From positions 1 through 11,156 of the forward strand of contig JAWXCN010000001.1 of assembly GCA_034408725.1 (NCBI GenBank): a DNA stretch of 11,156 nt, in the 5' to 3' direction. The DNA comes from Candidatus Hydrogenedentota bacterium. GTDB lineage: Bacteria > Hydrogenedentota > Hydrogenedentia > Hydrogenedentales > SLHB01. The notes under the pieces were generated by a model. It was not told the origin of the DNA. It searched no databases and saw only the letters and a program-made list of their open reading frames with translations. The position numbers and the translations under genes were made by a program. Positions within the stretch are counted from its first letter, which is position 1. Each line of letters begins with the position of its first letter. Below, one piece after another: positions 6,092 to 11,156 of the stretch.

Positions 6092-7825
6092 ATGAGCTGT
6101 CGCGCGTGCGCAATTCTTGTCGTGCTGTCTTCAACATTCCTCGTCGCATGGGCCGCGGACGAACCCGCAAACTCTGTGGTACACCCGCGCTTATATTTCA
6201 CCGCGGAAGAACTGCCCGCCCTCCATGCTGCGCGGGAAACTCCAGGCCACGCGCGCATCTGGAAGAATCTTCAAGAGTCCGCCGATTGGTGTCTGAAAAA
6301 GACCCCGCGAACCGAATGGATCGCGCCTGTTGCCGAAGACCCGGTTTACGAGAATTTATACGACCGTTTCTACGCGATGATGCAGGATATGGCGATCACT
6401 GAACACCTCGCGTTTGCATACGCCCTCAGCGGCGATGCGCGCTATGGCGATGCAGCGCGCGACTGGGTGCTCGCGGCGTGTCGCGCATGGAAAAACGACG
6501 CCGACGCTACGCCAGACGGCGGCAAGGCCTACGCCGTATGTCGCCTGATTAAAGGAGTCGCAGTCGGATACGACATGGTCTACGATCGCTTGAGCGAGGC
6601 CGAGCGCGACGAGGTCCGTGGCATGCTCGCGAAAACCGCCGCGAATTATCATCAACACTATTTCAACACGCCGAGCATTCACGGCCCAACGTTTTTCACG
6701 CATCACGCCGTCGTCGAATTTTCCTCGTTCGGCGTCGTCGGCCTTGCGCTGTTGGGTGAAGTTCCAGAAGCGCAACAGTGGGTGGACGACGCGACCCGCA
6801 AGTTTACGGTCGATCTGCTTCCACGCGGGCTCGCGGAAGATGGCGCGCAAACCGAAGGCGCAACGTTCTGGGCCTCGACGATGCACTACCGCCTGTTCTA
6901 CATGGATGCGCTGCGCAGGGTCACGGGACGCGACCTGTACAAAGAGTTCGAGCGGTACATGAACGCGGACCTTGCGCTCGCGACAATCGCAACTCACCAT
7001 AATCATGGATGGAGCAAGCCGCATCAAAGCGTCGTGCTCGAACCGCCATATGGCCAACTCGATTATTACGCGCCCGTGCTTGCTGCCCTTGCGCGTGAAT
7101 ATCGCAAGCCAATTTACCAATATCTCGCATCATGGGACCAGACCCTCGGTGGCATTCAACAAACCCAATACATCACGCCCAACCGGCGCGAGCAACTGCT
7201 GTTCGCGCTTGGCGGCTATGCGTACGTGTGGTACGATCCTACCGTCCCCGCGGAATCCGGCGACGAACAGTTGTCACGAGCGTTCCCCTCTGTTGGCCAG
7301 GCATACCTGCGCAATTCGTGGCGCGCGGACGATCTCCTCGCAGGAGTCGCGCGCGACGGCTCAGTTGTCGTTCACGCTGGTGGCGAACCTGTGTTCGTGG
7401 TTGCGGGCGCGACAGAAACCGGACCGGTTACGTTGACCGAGATCGAAGACGACGGCGAAACCGCGTGGGTCGGATTGAACGACGGAGACGACACGATACT
7501 TTCCGTCGAACTCCGGCGTCCCGATAGAGTAGTGCTGGAATGGAAGAAACGCGTTGCGCCGCTTTCCTTCTGGCGATACACGGTTCCATCGCAACCTGAG
7601 CCGAATGTGTTGAAAGACTCGCGCGTCGAGATGCGCGTAGTAAAGGGCACGGTAGCATCCGTAAAACCCGATGGGTTCTTCATCGAGAACGCCGTCGGCA
7701 ACGGCAAACTCAAATTGCACGATCCCGTTGCGAAACGATACCCGCTTGTGGAAATTCAACCGGATGCCGAAGGAAACATAACCATCGAGATCATAAGCGC
7801 GGCCAATACAGAAGCGGACGGCTAA
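6092..7825 (+). CDS. Secreted DUF4962 / heparinase II/III-like (polysaccharide-lyase-fold) protein, ~577 aa
   Basis: ATG 6092 yields a signal peptide (MSCRACAILVVLSSTFLVAWA). Motifs HPRLYFTAEEL, AFAYALSGD.RY...A, GYDMVYDRLSEAER, DG...EG..FW and FPSVGQAYLRNSW match the alpha/alpha-toroid plus beta-sandwich layout of heparinase II/III-like lyases. The ORF-track start at 5756 overlaps mpl by 235 nt and is rejected. Confidence 0.7.
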   Translation: MSCRACAILVVLSSTFLVAWAADEPANSVVHPRLYFTAEELPALHAARETPGHARIWKNLQESADWCLKKTPRTEWIAPVAEDPVYENLYDRFYAMMQDMAITEHLAFAYALSGDARYGDAARDWVLAACRAWKNDADATPDGGKAYAVCRLIKGVAVGYDMVYDRLSEAERDEVRGMLAKTAANYHQHYFNTPSIHGPTFFTHHAVVEFSSFGVVGLALLGEVPEAQQWVDDATRKFTVDLLPRGLAEDGAQTEGATFWASTMHYRLFYMDALRRVTGRDLYKEFERYMNADLALATIATHHNHGWSKPHQSVVLEPPYGQLDYYAPVLAALAREYRKPIYQYLASWDQTLGGIQQTQYITPNRREQLLFALGGYAYVWYDPTVPAESGDEQLSRAFPSVGQAYLRNSWRADDLLAGVARDGSVVVHAGGEPVFVVAGATETGPVTLTEIEDDGETAWVGLNDGDDTILSVELRRPDRVVLEWKKRVAPLSFWRYTVPSQPEPNVLKDSRVEMRVVKGTVASVKPDGFFIENAVGNGKLKLHDPVAKRYPLVEIQPDAEGNITIEIISAANTEADG

Positions 7826-9057
7826 TGCTTAACACCGATCAACTTAACGCCTGCACCCAATACGTCCTCGAACGCGCGCGGTTCGTCATCGAATCATTCG
7901 GCCCACGTCCGCCCGGCAGCGACGCGGAACGCAAAACGCAAGAACTCGTGCGTGCCGAACTCGAAGTCTGTTGCGACGGCGAAGTCACTTTCGAAGAATT
8001 TCCCGTCGCGCAGAAAGCGTTTTTTAGCATGCAAGCCATCGGCGGCGTATTGACCCTCGCCGCGATTGGTGCGTACTGGGCGCACCCCGCCGCTGCGCTC
8101 GCGCTCATGGTGGCCGCCGCAACGGTAATGTATTTTCAGTTGTTGCGGTACCGCCTCTTCTTGGATCCGTTCTTCCCGAAAAAACCAAGCTACAACGTAG
8201 CCGGACGCCAATCGCCCGTGAGCGCCGTCAAGCGCCGCATCATTCTCAACGGCCATCCCGACGCCGCCTACGAATGGCGGTTCAACTATCTCGCGCCGAA
8301 ATGGTTTCCGCTCATCGTACTTTACACCCTGATCGGACTTATCGTAATGCTCGCCGGCAGCGCAATCGCGACCATCGCAGTTTTTGCCATGCCCGCTTCA
8401 AGCGAAACACTGGTGCGCGTGGTTGGTTGGGTGCTCGCCCTGTTCGTGCCCGCCGGAATTCTTGGCATCCTGTTCAACAACCTCGCCGTCGTCGCGCCCG
8501 GCGCAAACGACAACCTCAGCGGCACGTTTATCGCCACCGGAATTCTGAAATATCTCCGGGAAAGCGGCGCGCACCTGCAACACACCGAACTCATGGCCGT
8601 CATCACCGGGTCCGAAGAAGCGGGCCTGCGCGGCGCAAAAGTCTGGGCGCAACGCCACAAACGCGAATGCGAGGACGTCGAAACAATCGTCCTTGCGCTC
8701 GACACGTTTCGCGACTTGCCGCACCTCACGATCTACAATCGCGACATGAACGGCGTCGTCGCCCACGATGAAGACGTCTCGCAACTGCTTAAACGCGCCG
8801 CAATCGCCGCCGGTCACAATCTCCCTTTCGGCACGATCTACCTCGGCTCATCCGACGGCGCGGCATTCACCCAGGCAGGCTTCCGCACCGGCATGCTCGG
8901 CGGCATGGACCCGCGCCCCGCCCACTACTACCACAACCGCCGCGACACCTGGGAAATCATGGACGCAGCCTGCATTCGCGCAACGATTGAGGTGCTCCTA
9001 GAAACAATCCGCCAATTCGACGAACAGGGACTCATCAAGGAAACATCATCGATGTGA
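7825..9057 (+). CDS. M28-family Zn metallopeptidase with inserted transmembrane helices
   Basis: GPRPPGS..E, GHPD, PGANDNLSG, GSEEAGLRG, LD, SDG..F and YHNRRD motifs. Hydrophobic segments lie before the HxD and between HxD and GANDN. The start overlaps the upstream stop (TAATG, 7823..7827). Confidence 0.88.
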   Translation: MLNTDQLNACTQYVLERARFVIESFGPRPPGSDAERKTQELVRAELEVCCDGEVTFEEFPVAQKAFFSMQAIGGVLTLAAIGAYWAHPAAALALMVAAATVMYFQLLRYRLFLDPFFPKKPSYNVAGRQSPVSAVKRRIILNGHPDAAYEWRFNYLAPKWFPLIVLYTLIGLIVMLAGSAIATIAVFAMPASSETLVRVVGWVLALFVPAGILGILFNNLAVVAPGANDNLSGTFIATGILKYLRESGAHLQHTELMAVITGSEEAGLRGAKVWAQRHKRECEDVETIVLALDTFRDLPHLTIYNRDMNGVVAHDEDVSQLLKRAAIAAGHNLPFGTIYLGSSDGAAFTQAGFRTGMLGGMDPRPAHYYHNRRDTWEIMDAACIRATIEVLLETIRQFDEQGLIKETSSM

Positions 9058-9098
9058 CGCCCAGCTTCGTCTATCAAGTCCACTACGTCCATTCGCAA

Positions 9099-10979
9099 TC
9101 AATACTCATAAAAACTCCCCAAAAACCTGCTCATCGTCCCCGGAAACACGGCGCGTTTGACCTTGCCCCACGTCATTTGATCACCAACATTGAAATACAC
9201 ATAGGTGCGGCCATCCCATTCCACGACATCGACGTCTGACGCGTTAATGCCTTCATCGTCACCCATCGCAGCGAGCACGGGGTTCGCGCGGCTGACTTCC
9301 CAATCCATCAAATCCTTCGAGCGCGCAATGTACGATTCAAATCGCCACAACGGCGCGCGGCGCTCGAGATAGATCATGTGATACTGATTGTTCTCGAAAT
9401 GAATCCACGGACACGCCGTATACCGATCCTTGCCGAAGATCGCGTTAGGCACTTTGGTCCAAGTCTTCAAATCCGTCGATAACGCGAACTTGATCGTGAA
9501 CGGGGGATAGGACGGGTCGTCCGTCTCATATGCCATGACAAATTCGGACAGCCCCTTGCACACGCTCGAATTAAACAGATGCTCGCTTTGCTGTACGACG
9601 ACGACGTTCTGCTCCCACTTCTTCAAATCCCTCGACGAAAACGCGGTCACATCATTCCACGTACCGTCCGCGAACCGCGACGCAAACGCGTGGAACGTGT
9701 CGTCATGCACGAACGCACTGCACAACCCGAAACCTGTGCCAAAGGTCGCGAGCACCGCCTGCGATTCCACATCGCGAATTTCGAGGCGATAGTCCTCCGC
9801 AGTGCCTCCGCTGACTGGGCGCACGCCCGCGAGCAACACTGGTTTGTCTTTCCAAATCACGGGCGACACCTCGACCATGTTCGGAATTTCATAGTCCTCC
9901 CGCGACAGCGCGGGTTGGCGCGTCGCCGGTTGCGGCGGAAGCAGCGATTGGAATGTGTCCGCGGGCCACGAGCCGAGCGTAGTCATGCCCTTCGGCACAG
10001 CCTGCTCGAACTGCACATACGCGCGCACTGACCCCTTCGTGGTGTACGCAATCGTCCCTTCCTTCGCGCCGAACACGGTATAGCCCATCAACGTGCAATC
10101 TTCGATATCGGTGTGCAGAAACTTGCCGTGAATCGTCGCGTGAATAATTCCGCTGCCAGGCGTGCCGCGTGGTTGCGAAAAGTTTAGCGAAATGAGCCGC
10201 GAATTTTTCAGTTTCACCCGCGAATACGTCTCGAATCCGGGATTGCCCGATTGCAGGGCATTGTCCGGGCCAACAAGCGTGCAGTCCTCGAACGTGATAT
10301 CGGCGATGTCCGGCATCGACGCATTCTCCGCGCGCACGTACGCGCCCGCGGCATCGCCCCACCAATCCAGACACCAGAGCACGCAACGTCGAAACACGAT
10401 CGGTTCCTCCGCGCGCGCAAGGAAATGCGCGACTCCCCCGCCGAACGCACGGCCAATGCCCACGCTGTCTTCAACCACGACAGTAAACGGCTCAATTTTC
10501 GGTGGCAGATCCCAGAACAATCCCGCGTCCGCGCCCGTGGCATAGATGCCCCGCACTATCCACCGGTCCCAGCCAATCCCGGAAAACTCAGGGTTAGCCT
10601 TGAACGGTGACCACCAATCCACCGCCTTCAATCCCCGCTCTGGATCGCTGGAATCGATGATGGCATGACCCGTTTTGCCGGAGCGTTCTATCCCGGTAAA
10701 ATCCGATTCGAGCACATTGTAATTTTCCTTCGCGCCCTTGAACGCGGGAAAAAGGTTCGCCTCCAAATATGTATCCGGACGAATCACAATGCGGTGCCCG
10801 CCCGAATCATCCGGCACCGCATCCAGTGCGGCCTGAATCGTGCTAAACCCCTTTTCCCACGACGCCCCGTCTGTGTTATCACCCAACTTCGACACATACA
10901 ACGTCGCCCCATGCGCCATTGACGCGGATATAAATACGGCAAGAACGAAACACAACCGTTTGAAGGATTCTGCGTGCAT
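9099..10979 (-). CDS. Secreted two-domain protein: N-terminal pectin-lyase-like beta-helix plus C-terminal glycoside-hydrolase-like beta-propeller
   Basis: Signal peptide ending AHG. Next is ATLYVSKLGDNTDGASWEKGFSTIQAALD...RIVIRPDTY, a typical beta-helix cap, with stacked V/F-x-D/N-C/S strands. A Pro-rich linker (LLPPQPATRQP) leads to a domain with repeated S.DL..W blades (SRDLKKW, STDLKTW, SKDLMDW) and NPVL. Confidence 0.65.
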   Translation of the reverse strand: MHAESFKRLCFVLAVFISASMAHGATLYVSKLGDNTDGASWEKGFSTIQAALDAVPDDSGGHRIVIRPDTYLEANLFPAFKGAKENYNVLESDFTGIERSGKTGHAIIDSSDPERGLKAVDWWSPFKANPEFSGIGWDRWIVRGIYATGADAGLFWDLPPKIEPFTVVVEDSVGIGRAFGGGVAHFLARAEEPIVFRRCVLWCLDWWGDAAGAYVRAENASMPDIADITFEDCTLVGPDNALQSGNPGFETYSRVKLKNSRLISLNFSQPRGTPGSGIIHATIHGKFLHTDIEDCTLMGYTVFGAKEGTIAYTTKGSVRAYVQFEQAVPKGMTTLGSWPADTFQSLLPPQPATRQPALSREDYEIPNMVEVSPVIWKDKPVLLAGVRPVSGGTAEDYRLEIRDVESQAVLATFGTGFGLCSAFVHDDTFHAFASRFADGTWNDVTAFSSRDLKKWEQNVVVVQQSEHLFNSSVCKGLSEFVMAYETDDPSYPPFTIKFALSTDLKTWTKVPNAIFGKDRYTACPWIHFENNQYHMIYLERRAPLWRFESYIARSKDLMDWEVSRANPVLAAMGDDEGINASDVDVVEWDGRTYVYFNVGDQMTWGKVKRAVFPGTMSRFLGSFYEY

Positions 10980-11057
10980 GAATGATTACCCCAAATTTCT
11001 TCCAGCGAAATGAACACCGCGCTCTACACTGACGTTCCGCTCGCAAAAGGTCAACCA

Positions 11058-11147
11058 CGCGCAGCGCCTTGGACTGCGGCGTGTCAGCGCCGCTTTCACT
11101 TCGGGGTACTCGAAATCCTCCAATAAAGTTGAAGGCTTCAGGAACAC
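11058..11147 (+). repeat. Second copy of the REP/REPIN-like element, probably truncated by the window end
   Basis: Direct repeat of 51..140 with 85/90 identity (differences at positions equivalent to 100, 111, 114, 121 and 134). The REP hairpin itself is identical. Confidence 0.9.
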
Positions 11148-11156
11148 GTGAATAGA

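Noticed and set aside
11026..11054. TTGACC-N17-CAGTGT promoter candidate (- strand)
   Set aside because: The -10 match is too poor to support.
51..11147. Composite transposon, prophage or integrative element defined by the terminal direct repeats
   Set aside because: No transposase, integrase or phage gene is present, the cargo looks chromosomal, and the repeats are REP-like.

Overview
GC-rich bacterial chromosomal segment with seven credible genes. In order they are: a TolC-family outer-membrane protein (-), an ATE/Bpt aminoacyl-tRNA--protein transferase (+), a C69/secernin-like N-terminal-Cys peptidase (-) divergent from murein peptide ligase mpl (+), a secreted DUF4962/heparinase II/III-like protein that seems to lack canonical catalytic residues (+), a translationally coupled membrane M28 metallopeptidase (+), and a secreted beta-helix plus beta-propeller fusion protein (-). 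The non-coding DNA is unusually structured. GGAG/GGAC-tagged REP-like palindromes in inverted pairs (REPIN/BIME-like) occur at both window ends, including a 90-bp direct repeat with 85/90 identity. A composite element of hexamer, heptamer and octamer tandem repeats with a 22-bp inverted repeat fills the bpt/C69 convergent gap and supplies both stop codons. I saw no CRISPR array, rRNA, tRNA, transposase or integrase. I cannot demonstrate a novel multi-gene system. The best leads are the repeat elements, the probable pseudo-lyase/M28 pair and the two-domain glycan-active protein. All family calls come from motif recognition by eye, not database searches.
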